From Acidimicrobiales bacterium (lineage in GTDB: Bacteria; Actinomycetota; Acidimicrobiia; Acidimicrobiales; RAAP-2), in assembly GCA_035552255.1 (NCBI GenBank), contig DASZLS010000125.1:28080-92079 (forward strand): 64,000 nucleotides of DNA, given 5' to 3'. A program made the position numbers and the translations under genes. Shown piece by piece: positions 1 to 7,691 of the stretch. Numbering within the stretch: the first letter of the stretch is position 1; every line of letters starts with the position of its first letter. Below the pieces are notes generated by a model, which ran no database searches, had not been told where the DNA came from, and saw only the letters and a list, made by a program, of their open reading frames with translations.

Positions 1-1
1 C

Positions 2-310
2 GACATTGGCGGTGATGTTGGCGCTCTGATTCTTCGGACCTCGCCGTCAGCGTTCGCTCGCGAGATCGATCTCGTCCCCGACGATGGGGGCGTCCCTCAC
101 GTGCACAGCGCGGTGCGCGAACGGCGAACGACTGATGGTTCGGCGTTCGCAGCCGTCTATCCGCAGTTGAAAGAAGGCTCGTACACGATCGATGGGACGA
201 CGCAGCGCCTGCTGATCGCGGGCGGTCGAGTTACCGACATCGTGTTGAACGAACGCCACGACCTCTACGAAGTACTACTAACAAAAGGAGAACACCATGT
301 TTCTCAGTGA
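2..310 (+). CDS. Hypothetical protein, C-terminal fragment (5' end outside window)
   Basis: The frame of listed ORF 101..310 stays open back to the window edge (DIGGDVGALILRTSP...RVTDIVLNERHDLYEV). No family recognised. It overlaps the tatA start by 14 nt. Confidence 0.4.
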   Translation, partial: DIGGDVGALILRTSPSAFAREIDLVPDDGGVPHVHSAVRERRTTDGSAFAAVYPQLKEGSYTIDGTTQRLLIAGGRVTDIVLNERHDLYEVLLTKGEHHVSQ

Positions 311-512
311 GATTTTCGGACCCGACCTACTGGTTGTCATCATCGCGGGAGCGGTGCTGCTCTTCGGTGGCGCGGCGATTCCCAAGTTCGCCCGGAATTT
401 GGGCCAGTCCAAGCGAGAGTTCGAAAAAGGAATGCAGTCCGTGAAGGAAATCACGGACCACGACGCCGCAAAGTCCGCCACGCATCCGGCTCCTTCGGAT
501 TCGTCTGACTGA
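297..512 (+). CDS. tatA: Twin-arginine translocase subunit TatA/E
   Basis: 71 aa. N-terminal TM helix followed by an amphipathic helix (FGGAAIPKFARNLGQSKREFEKG), typical of TatA. AAGGAG Shine-Dalgarno at 285-290. Confidence 0.9.
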   Translation: MFLSEIFGPDLLVVIIAGAVLLFGGAAIPKFARNLGQSKREFEKGMQSVKEITDHDAAKSATHPAPSDSSD

Positions 513-639
513 GCCTTTCGGAGTCGCGCAAAGTCCGTGAGCGTGAGTCCCGCGGGTCTCGGCACCTAGGTCTCAGGCCGCAAGCGAGGAGCCCGCAGGA
601 TCGACCCGAGTGTAAAAGCGGGATGATTCCTGTGTCAAC

Positions 640-1227
640 ATGAATCGTGTCCTCCTCCGAACGCGCGGCACTGGAATCCGACTTGAGGTCGCCACGCTCG
701 CGTGGAACGTCGTGGGCGTGGGTGTGCTCGCCACCTCCGCTCTCGCTGCGCGCTCCGTTGCACTCGGAGGCTTTGGGCTTGACAGTTTGATAGAGATCGG
801 CGCATCGACCGTCGTCATTTGGGAACTGCGCGGGGAGGACGTCGAGCGAAGTCGCCGTGCGCTTCGAGGTATCGGTCTTGCGTTTGCCGCCCTGGCGGTG
901 TATCTGTTGGTGCAGGGAATAATTGTCTTGGCCAGTCGCTATCGCGCGGGACAGAGCGATCTCGGTCTCGTTTGGACTGGGGTGACCGCAGCCGTGATGT
1001 GGACGCTCGCGCGCGCCAAAGGGCGCGCTGGTCGGGCGCTCGATAACGCCGTCCTGAAGAGCGAGGCACACGTCACAATGGTTGACAGCATCCTTGCCGC
1101 GTCGATCTTTGTCGGAGTGGGCGCACACGCGTTGTGGGGGTGGTGGTGGGCTGATCCGATTGGCGGTTTCGTGCTGGCGGTCTACGCCGTCAGGGAATGC
1201 GGGGAGATCTTTACAGCGAAGTCGTAG
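640..1227 (+). CDS. Cation-efflux (CDF-like) membrane protein, transmembrane domain only
   Basis: 195 aa polytopic membrane protein resembling the TM core of cation diffusion facilitators. No cytoplasmic C-terminal domain. Confidence 0.6.
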   Translation: MNRVLLRTRGTGIRLEVATLAWNVVGVGVLATSALAARSVALGGFGLDSLIEIGASTVVIWELRGEDVERSRRALRGIGLAFAALAVYLLVQGIIVLASRYRAGQSDLGLVWTGVTAAVMWTLARAKGRAGRALDNAVLKSEAHVTMVDSILAASIFVGVGAHALWGWWWADPIGGFVLAVYAVRECGEIFTAKS

Positions 1228-1251
1228 GGATCCGCACGGTGGCGCCGTGAC

Positions 1252-1932
1252 TTACGGTTCGAGACGGGCGAGGTACCCGAGCCCCATGACCGCGGCCTCG
1301 CAGCCGATGCGCTCAAGTTCAGCGACGTCGGCGTCGTTTCGCACTCCACCGGCCGCCACCACGGGTATCGCGCTGGTGCAGGCTTCCTCGTACAAAGAGA
1401 GATCGGGACCGCGAAGCGTCCCGTCGCGATCAATGGCGGTGACGTGCAGTCGCGCGACGTGCGCCGACTGACAGCGCGCCAGCGCGTCGGCGAAGGTGAT
1501 CGGGGAGCTTTCGAGCCATCCGCGGACCGCCAGGCGCCCCTCGCGCACGTCGAGCGCAGCGAGGAGCTGATCACCGAGCGCGTCCACGAACTCGTCGAGC
1601 GCCTCAACGTGGTCCCAGAGTGAGGTCCCGACGATGACCCGTGCCGCGCCCGCGCCGAGCGCGCGTTGAGCCGCGTCCACGCTACGGATACCGCCCGAGA
1701 CCTGGAGGGGAATGGTTCCCGCCGCTCGGCGGCAGCGTTCGATGACGGCGGGGCGCAGCGCCCCCTCGCGAGCCCCTTCCAGATCCACCACGTGAATGAG
1801 CGCGGGCTCGGTCGCCACCAGTCGGGCCATGAACTCCTCGAGTGGTTGACGAAAGATGACGCGCTCGTAGTCGCCCTGCTCAAGGCGGACGGCGTCGTCG
1901 CCGAGGAGGTCGAGGGCGGGGATGATTTGCAT
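1252..1932 (-). CDS. hisA: ProFAR isomerase HisA (possibly PriA-type)
   Basis: Listed ORF 1252..2166 trimmed to the ATG at 1932, where the canonical HisA N-terminus MQIIPALDLLGDDAVRLEQG begins. (beta/alpha)8 phosphate-binding motifs are present (VSGGIRS, VIVGTS, VAAGGV). Confidence 0.9.
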   Translation of the reverse strand: MQIIPALDLLGDDAVRLEQGDYERVIFRQPLEEFMARLVATEPALIHVVDLEGAREGALRPAVIERCRRAAGTIPLQVSGGIRSVDAAQRALGAGAARVIVGTSLWDHVEALDEFVDALGDQLLAALDVREGRLAVRGWLESSPITFADALARCQSAHVARLHVTAIDRDGTLRGPDLSLYEEACTSAIPVVAAGGVRNDADVAELERIGCEAAVMGLGYLARLEP

Positions 1933-1962
1933 AGTAGCGAAGTAGCATAGTAGCATGCTGAT
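1933..1962. promoter_or_regulatory. Operator-like triple tandem octamer (AGTAGCGA AGTAGCAT AGTAGCAT) ending in palindrome AGCATGCT; fills the whole hisA / his-operon divergent spacer
   Basis: Read directly: AGTAGC at 1933-1938, 1941-1946 and 1949-1954; palindrome AGCATGCT at 1952-1959. TAGCAT (TANNNT) at 1951-1956 lies 7-12 nt upstream of the ATG at 1963. Confidence 0.5.
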
Positions 1963-2277
1963 ATGACCAGTGGAAAGGTAGTCGCAGCCGACACCAGCCC
2001 CGAGACGGCGTCGAGATTTGACGAGCTCGTGGACGCGATCGCCCACCTGCGCGACCCCGAGATCGTTGCTTCGTTTCTCCGCGATCTGTGCACGTCGACC
2101 GAACTCGACGCGATGGGGCAGCGATTGCAGGTGGCGCGTCTGGTCGACGAGGGTGTGCCTTACCAAGAGATTTCACGTCGTACCGGCGCCTCCACGGCGA
2201 CCGTGACGCGCGTCGCCCAGTGGCTCCACCACGGTGAGGGCGGCTACCGAGCCGTATTAAAGAGGAGACCGCGATGA
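1963..2277 (+). CDS. TrpR-like YerC/YecD-family DNA-binding protein (candidate histidine-operon regulator)
   Basis: 104 aa. Motifs LCTSTELDAMGQRLQVARL and GVPYQEISRRTGASTATVTRV (helix-turn-helix) are typical of the Trp-repressor/YerC family. Its stop overlaps the hisG start (ATGA at 2274-2277). Confidence 0.85.
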   Translation: MTSGKVVAADTSPETASRFDELVDAIAHLRDPEIVASFLRDLCTSTELDAMGQRLQVARLVDEGVPYQEISRRTGASTATVTRVAQWLHHGEGGYRAVLKRRPR

Positions 2278-3131
2278 CTCGCCGTTTGACCATGGCCCTT
2301 CCTTCGAAGGGCCGCCTCCGCGAACCCTCGTGGGCGCTACTCGAAGCGAGCGGAGTCTCGCCCCAAGAGCCGGGCGAGCGCATGCTCCAGGCACACTGTC
2401 GAAACGCGGACATCGACCTGTTGTTCGTGCGCGCCGACGATGTTCCCGAATATGTCCAAGACGGTGTCGTCGACTGCGGCATCACCGGGCTCGACCTTAT
2501 TCACGAGCGCGAGTGCAACGTCGAAGTGCTGCTGCGTCTGGGCTTTGGCACGTGCTCGCTCCAAGCGGCAGTCTCGAACGAAGACACGGCGACACGCGTC
2601 GAAGACCTGCAAGGTCGACGCATCGCCACTTCTCACCCTCGGGTCACGGCGAAGCTCCTCGCCGAGCGTGGCGTCAACGCGGAGATCGTGCCCGTTGCGG
2701 GATCCGTCGAGATCTCCCCGCGCTTGGGCCTTGCCGACGCGATTGTCGACTTGGTCTCGACGGGCAGCACGTTGCGCACCAACGGTCTGCGCTCGATCGG
2801 TGTGCTCTTCGAATCCGAGGCCGTGCTGGTCGGTAGGACGAATTCGAAGGATTTCGAGGCGCGCAGCACACTCACGACCGTGCTGGGCTCGGTCATCAAC
2901 GCTCGCGCCAATCGCTATCTACTCTGCAACGTCGCCAAGGAACGTCTGAGCGAGGTCACGGCGGTCTTGCCCACGGCCGGATCGCCGACGGTGATGGATC
3001 TCGCGACGCCGGGCGTGGTCGCGGTGCACGCGCTCGTACCCGCGGCCGACATCTGGTCGCTCCTGCCGAGGCTCGAAGCAGCCGGTGCGAGTTCGATTCT
3101 GACCTTGCCCATCGAAAGGATGGTTCCGTGA
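2274..3131 (+). CDS. hisG: ATP phosphoribosyltransferase, long form
   Basis: 285 aa. LALPSKGRL N-terminus, DLVSTGSTLRTNGL PRPP-binding motif, and a C-terminal regulatory domain. Confidence 0.95.
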   Translation: MTRRLTMALPSKGRLREPSWALLEASGVSPQEPGERMLQAHCRNADIDLLFVRADDVPEYVQDGVVDCGITGLDLIHERECNVEVLLRLGFGTCSLQAAVSNEDTATRVEDLQGRRIATSHPRVTAKLLAERGVNAEIVPVAGSVEISPRLGLADAIVDLVSTGSTLRTNGLRSIGVLFESEAVLVGRTNSKDFEARSTLTTVLGSVINARANRYLLCNVAKERLSEVTAVLPTAGSPTVMDLATPGVVAVHALVPAADIWSLLPRLEAAGASSILTLPIERMVP

Positions 3132-4186
3132 GCACCCCGGTAAAGACCGATCGAGTCATCACCATTGAAGAGATCGTGAGCGACGTACGCGCGCGCGGCG
3201 ACGCCGCAGTCGTCGAATGGTCGGCGCGATTCGACGGGACGACCTCAAGTCGGCCCGAACGCGCGCAGGCATACGGCGACATTCCCACCGCCGCGGTACT
3301 CGCCGCCGCGGAAGCCGTACGCACGTGGCACGCGGCCCAGCGTCCCGCGGACCTCATGCTCGAGGTGTCGCCCGGAGTGACCCTCGAGCGTCGGTGGTCG
3401 CCCCTTCGCTCCGTGGGTATCTACGTGCCGAGGGGCCTCGTTTCCTCACTCATCATGTCGGCGGTGCCGGCTCAAGTCGCGGGCGTCGAGCGCATCGTCG
3501 TGTGCACGCCCCCGGAGGGTTCCGCCGCCGTGGCGGCGACGGCCGCCCTGCTCGGCATTGACGAAGTCTGGGCCATTGGTGGTGCCCAAGCGATCGCCGC
3601 GATGGCCTATGGGACCGATTCCATCGAACCGGTCGACAAGATCTTTGGACCCGGCAGCGGGGCAGTGAACATGGCAAAGCTGATCGTGAGCCGCGACGTG
3701 GCCATCGACCTGCCCGCGGGACCGAGCGAGATTGTTGTCGTGGCCGACGAGGGAATCGACGAGGCGCTCATCGCCCAAGAGATCGCCGCTCAGATGGAGC
3801 ACGGTCCTGACTCCAAGGGCTACATCGTGCGCGTCGGTGAGAATATCGATGACGCACTGGCCGAGGTCGAGGGCTACGCGGCCGAGCACGTGGCGTTGCT
3901 CGGCGAGCGGGCCGAATCGCTCGCCGGACGCATCCGCAACGCGGGCGCCGTCTTCGTCGGGCCGTACTCGCCGGTGCCGGCAGGGGACTACGCGACGGGC
4001 GGCAACCACGTCCTCCCAACGGGTGGCTGGGCGAAATCGACCGGCGGTCTCGGGCTCGAGGCGTTCATGAAGACGGTCACCGTCCAGCGGGTCACCAAAG
4101 AAGGTCTCGAACGGTTGGCGCCCACGATCGAAGCGTTGGCTGAGCTCGAAGGCATGACTGCGCACAAGGCGACGGCTCGCCGATGA
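3128..4186 (+). CDS. hisD: Histidinol dehydrogenase (compact form, 352 aa)
   Basis: Motifs IGGAQAIAAMAYGT, AGPSE, QMEHGPDS, AAEH, GDYATGGNHVLPT and TAHK. GTGA overlap with hisG. Confidence 0.95.
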   Translation: MSTPVKTDRVITIEEIVSDVRARGDAAVVEWSARFDGTTSSRPERAQAYGDIPTAAVLAAAEAVRTWHAAQRPADLMLEVSPGVTLERRWSPLRSVGIYVPRGLVSSLIMSAVPAQVAGVERIVVCTPPEGSAAVAATAALLGIDEVWAIGGAQAIAAMAYGTDSIEPVDKIFGPGSGAVNMAKLIVSRDVAIDLPAGPSEIVVVADEGIDEALIAQEIAAQMEHGPDSKGYIVRVGENIDDALAEVEGYAAEHVALLGERAESLAGRIRNAGAVFVGPYSPVPAGDYATGGNHVLPTGGWAKSTGGLGLEAFMKTVTVQRVTKEGLERLAPTIEALAELEGMTAHKATARR

Positions 4187-5700
4187 AGCCCACCCCCCTC
4201 GACTCCTACCAGTGGCCCCCGTCGACCGAAGTACTCGCGGAGCGCGTCGGGCTCGACCCGCGCGCCATCGTGCGCTTCGACGGCAACGTCGCTGCGGCGC
4301 CGCCACCGTCGGCCCGACCGGCCGCCCTCGCGCGCGCGCTGGCGGACATCAATGAATACGACCGAGGCCGCTACTTGCCGCTGCGCGAGGCGATCGCTCG
4401 TTATCACGACCTTGATCTCGATCAAGTGGCGCTCGGCGCGGGCAGCGATGAGTTCATCGTTCTGCTGGCGCGACTCTTCGCCGAGGGCGGCACGATCGCG
4501 ACCGTACCCGCGTACTCGTATTCCATGTATCGCTACGCAGCCATCATGGCGGGAGCGACGATCGTCGAGGATCCAAAGGACGCCGATCTAGTTTTCGTGT
4601 GTCGACCGAACAATCCGACGGGCGAGATGTGCGACATCCCTGAGGTCAACGGTCAGCTCGTGATCGACGAGGCCTACGCCGATTACGCCGGCGTCGACGC
4701 GCTTGATCGCCTCGACAGCGGAGTCATCATCCTTCGCACGTTCTCCAAGGCCTTCGGGCTCGCGGGCGCTCGCGTTGGCTACGCCCTCTCGACGCCCGAG
4801 CTCGTGGCGGCGATCTCTTCGCGCCAGGCCCCGCTCTCGGTGTCGTCGCTCTCTGCGGCGCTGGCGCTGACGGCGATCTCCCTGAAGCCCGACGTCTCGG
4901 CCACGGTTGCCGAGCGAGAGCGTCTGGCGAGTGAGCTCACGTCGCTCGGACTGGCCCCGCTTCCGTCGTTCACCAACTTCTTGTTTATTCCAATGGATGA
5001 GCCAGAGAAGATCGTCGAACAGCTCCTGCCCTATGGGGCCGTCACTCGGGGGTACCCCGGCGGCCTTCGCGTCAGCATCCGTGACGAGATCGACAATGAC
5101 TTTCTGCTCGACGCGCTGCGTGGGGTGCTCTTTGACACGCCGATGCCTGCGCAATACCTTCGCCACGAGCGCAACACCGCTGAGACGCTCTTGAGCGTTC
5201 GTCTTCGCGTTCCCGGCGAGGGGCGCGTGCTGGTGAATACCGGCTCGGGTTTCTACGATCACATGCTCCAACAGCTCGCCTTCCATGCGGGCATGGACCT
5301 GCGCCTCGAAGGCCTGGGCGATCTCGAGACCGGTGACCACCACACGGTCGAAGACATGATGCGGACCTTCGGCGAAGCGTTCGACCGCGCGCTCGGCGAT
5401 CGCAAGGGTCTCACTCGCTACGGCGAAGCGCGCGTGCCTATGGACGAGGCACTGGCCCACGCGGTCGTCGACCTGTCGGGTCGTGCGACCGCCAACATCA
5501 GCGTGACCCCGGACGAGGGGATGGTGACTCACGCGTTCCAGTCGCTGGTCCAGACCGCGCGCATCACTCTGCACGTGACCGCCACGGGGGAGAACGCGCA
5601 CCACGTCGCCGAAGGGGCGTTCAAGGCGGTCGGACGGGCGATCGCCCAGGCGTTGAAGAAGGATGGTTCTCTGGTCCGCTCGACCAAGGGCTCACTGTGA
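4183..5700 (+). CDS. hisC/hisB: Fusion protein: histidinol-phosphate aminotransferase (HisC) + imidazoleglycerol-phosphate dehydratase (HisB/IGPD)
   Basis: 505 aa in a single frame. The N-terminal ~325 aa carry class-II aminotransferase motifs (NEYDRGRY, CRPNNPTGE, FSKAFGLAGARVGY). From about nt 5161 the IGPD motifs follow (RNTAET, TGSGFYDHML, GDHHTVED, VPMDEAL, VDLSGR, GENAHH, FKAVGRA, STKG). Confidence 0.9.
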   Translation: MKPTPLDSYQWPPSTEVLAERVGLDPRAIVRFDGNVAAAPPPSARPAALARALADINEYDRGRYLPLREAIARYHDLDLDQVALGAGSDEFIVLLARLFAEGGTIATVPAYSYSMYRYAAIMAGATIVEDPKDADLVFVCRPNNPTGEMCDIPEVNGQLVIDEAYADYAGVDALDRLDSGVIILRTFSKAFGLAGARVGYALSTPELVAAISSRQAPLSVSSLSAALALTAISLKPDVSATVAERERLASELTSLGLAPLPSFTNFLFIPMDEPEKIVEQLLPYGAVTRGYPGGLRVSIRDEIDNDFLLDALRGVLFDTPMPAQYLRHERNTAETLLSVRLRVPGEGRVLVNTGSGFYDHMLQQLAFHAGMDLRLEGLGDLETGDHHTVEDMMRTFGEAFDRALGDRKGLTRYGEARVPMDEALAHAVVDLSGRATANISVTPDEGMVTHAFQSLVQTARITLHVTATGENAHHVAEGAFKAVGRAIAQALKKDGSLVRSTKGSL

Positions 5701-6248
5701 ACGTTGCGGTCGTCGACTACGGAGCGGGCAACACTCGCTCGGTTCGCGCTGCCCTTTCGCACCTGGGTCTCGAGAGCGTCGTCACCAGTGACGCGAGCGT
5801 GATTCGTGACGCCGAGTTCGTGGTGCTGCCCGGTGTGGGTTCTGCAAGGAGCGCGATGGTCCACCTTAACGACACGGGAGCCGCGAGCGCGATCCGCGAG
5901 CGCTACGCGGACGGTGGCGCGACGCTCGGAATCTGTCTCGGCATGCAGCTGGCCCTTACGCACAGCGAGGAAGACGGCGGCGTAGAAGGGCTCGGCCTCA
6001 TGTCCGGAGAAGTCGTGCGACTTCGCGAAGGTCGCGTCCCTCGACTCGGCTGGTCGGTTGTTGAGCCCTGGGGCGAGGCGTACTATTTCGCTCACTCCTA
6101 TGCGGCGACGAGCGAGTTTGGCATCGCGAGCGTCGACGGTGTCACCGTCGCGGTGCAGCGTGGCTCGTTCCTCGGCGTCCAGTTCCACCCCGAAAAGAGC
6201 GGACCCGCCGGTCTCGCGTTCCTTGAGCAATGCCTCTCCCGCGCCTGA
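5697..6248 (+). CDS. hisH: Imidazole glycerol phosphate synthase, glutaminase subunit
   Basis: 183 aa. VVDYGAGN, catalytic GICLGMQL Cys and FHPEKS His/Glu. GTGA overlap with the upstream gene. Confidence 0.9.
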   Translation: MNVAVVDYGAGNTRSVRAALSHLGLESVVTSDASVIRDAEFVVLPGVGSARSAMVHLNDTGAASAIRERYADGGATLGICLGMQLALTHSEEDGGVEGLGLMSGEVVRLREGRVPRLGWSVVEPWGEAYYFAHSYAATSEFGIASVDGVTVAVQRGSFLGVQFHPEKSGPAGLAFLEQCLSRA

Positions 6249-6985
6249 TTCCCTGCCTCGACGTCGCCCACGGTCGCGTCGTGAAAGGTGTGAGCTTCGT
6301 GCAGCTGCGCGACGTGGGCGATCCCGTGGAGCTCGCCACGTTCTACAGCGACGGTGGGGCTGACGAACTGGTCTTTCTCGACATCAGCGCCACACCCGAG
6401 GAGAGCGCCACGATGACTGAGGTCATTCAGCGGGTGGCGGACGTCGTCGAGATTCCCTTCACCGTCGGCGGTGGCGTTCGTTCGCTCGACGATGCCTCGC
6501 GCATCATCGAGTCGGGCGCTGATCGCGTGTCGCTCAACACCGCGGCCCTCGCCAATCCCTCGCTGATTACCGCCATCGCCAGCCGTTACGGGTCCCAGGC
6601 CGTCGTCGTGGCGATCGACGCGGGCGACGGCGTCGTCCACACGCACGGTGGTCGAACAGCGACCACGACGCCCATCGTGTCGTGGGCCATGGAAGCCTGC
6701 GAGCGAGGCGCCGGAGAGATTCTCCTTACCTCCATTCGCCACGACGGCCAGCGTGGTGGCTACGACTTGATCTTGACGGCGAGCGTGCGCGACGCGGTGA
6801 GCGTTCCCGTGATCGCCTCGGGCGGAGCCGGCAGTGCCGAGCACGTCGCCGAGGCGCTTCGGGTCACCGACGCTGCGCTCGTCGCATCGATCGTCCACGA
6901 AAACCCGGGAGGGCTCGCGGGGCTGCGACGCGACATCGAAGCGCTCGGCGTGAACTTGCGACCTCTAAGGGAGAGCTATGAGTGA
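6230..6985 (+). CDS. hisF: Imidazole glycerol phosphate synthase, cyclase subunit
   Basis: 251 aa. RLIPCLDV, VVKGV.F, ELVFLDI, TVGGGVRS and IASGGAG motifs. Confidence 0.95.
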   Translation: MPLPRLIPCLDVAHGRVVKGVSFVQLRDVGDPVELATFYSDGGADELVFLDISATPEESATMTEVIQRVADVVEIPFTVGGGVRSLDDASRIIESGADRVSLNTAALANPSLITAIASRYGSQAVVVAIDAGDGVVHTHGGRTATTTPIVSWAMEACERGAGEILLTSIRHDGQRGGYDLILTASVRDAVSVPVIASGGAGSAEHVAEALRVTDAALVASIVHENPGGLAGLRRDIEALGVNLRPLRESYE

Positions 6986-7523
6986 GAATCTGCGGGCCGC
7001 CATCGTGCAGGACGAGTCGACGGGCCGCGTGCTGATGCTCGGGTGGATGGACGAAGAGGCGCTGTCGCTCACTCGCTCAAGCGGACTCGTGCATTTCTTT
7101 TCTCGTTCGAGACAACGACTGTGGAAGAAAGGTGAGACGTCGGGCAACGTGCTCCACGTGACGAACCTCGAGCTTGACTGCGACGAAGACGCGGTGCTCG
7201 TGACTGTCAACGCGGAGGGGCCAACGTGTCACGACGGCTCAACGTCGTGCTTCACGCCGTGGTTGTGGCGAAAGATTCTTCGAAGAGAAGCCGAAGCGGC
7301 GGAAGGTTCCTACGTGCACGAGCAGCTGAGTGCGGGGGTGGCGCTCAATGCACGAAAGGTCGGCGAAGAAGCGGTTGAGCTCGCCGTGGCGGCGCTCAGC
7401 GAAGACGACGAACGCGTGGTGAGCGAAGCAGCCGATCTGTGGTTTCACACGCTGCTCTTGCTGCGAAGTCGCGGGCTCGATCCCGCCGCGATAGAGGACG
7501 AGCTGCACCGACGCGAACGATAA
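6978..7523 (+). CDS. hisI: Bifunctional phosphoribosyl-AMP cyclohydrolase / phosphoribosyl-ATP pyrophosphatase
   Basis: 181 aa. HisI motifs (FFSRSRQRLWKKGETSGN, DCDEDAVL, GPTCHDGSTSCF) are followed by a HisE-like helical C-terminus (EEAVELAVAA...AADLWFHTLLLL). Confidence 0.9.
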   Translation: MSENLRAAIVQDESTGRVLMLGWMDEEALSLTRSSGLVHFFSRSRQRLWKKGETSGNVLHVTNLELDCDEDAVLVTVNAEGPTCHDGSTSCFTPWLWRKILRREAEAAEGSYVHEQLSAGVALNARKVGEEAVELAVAALSEDDERVVSEAADLWFHTLLLLRSRGLDPAAIEDELHRRER

Positions 7524-7589
7524 GGTCACTCGTTCGTCGCGGGATCGCCGCGTGACGGTGTCGCGTCGTTCACGTTCGCGTGTTCGATA

Positions 7590-7601
7590 AAAGTTAACTT
7601 T
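7590..7601. promoter_or_regulatory. Perfect 12-bp palindrome AAAGTTAACTTT in the AT-rich leader of the ABC importer operon
   Basis: Read directly. It lies about 90 nt upstream of the ATG at 7692, inside the locally AT-rich non-coding stretch 7524-7691. Confidence 0.3.
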
Positions 7602-7691
7602 CGTGGTGGCGTCATGAAATGTTCCACGAAGATTTCTCAGTACTCCCGATGGCGTCACACTTCTGTAATGGGCGGCTCCTAAAAAACGTGC

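Noticed and set aside
7525-7556. Possible terminator after hisIE: GTCAC...CGCGG gatcg CCGCG TGAC.
   Set aside because: The stem is interrupted by an 8-nt asymmetric bulge, and no U-tract follows. It is too weak to call.
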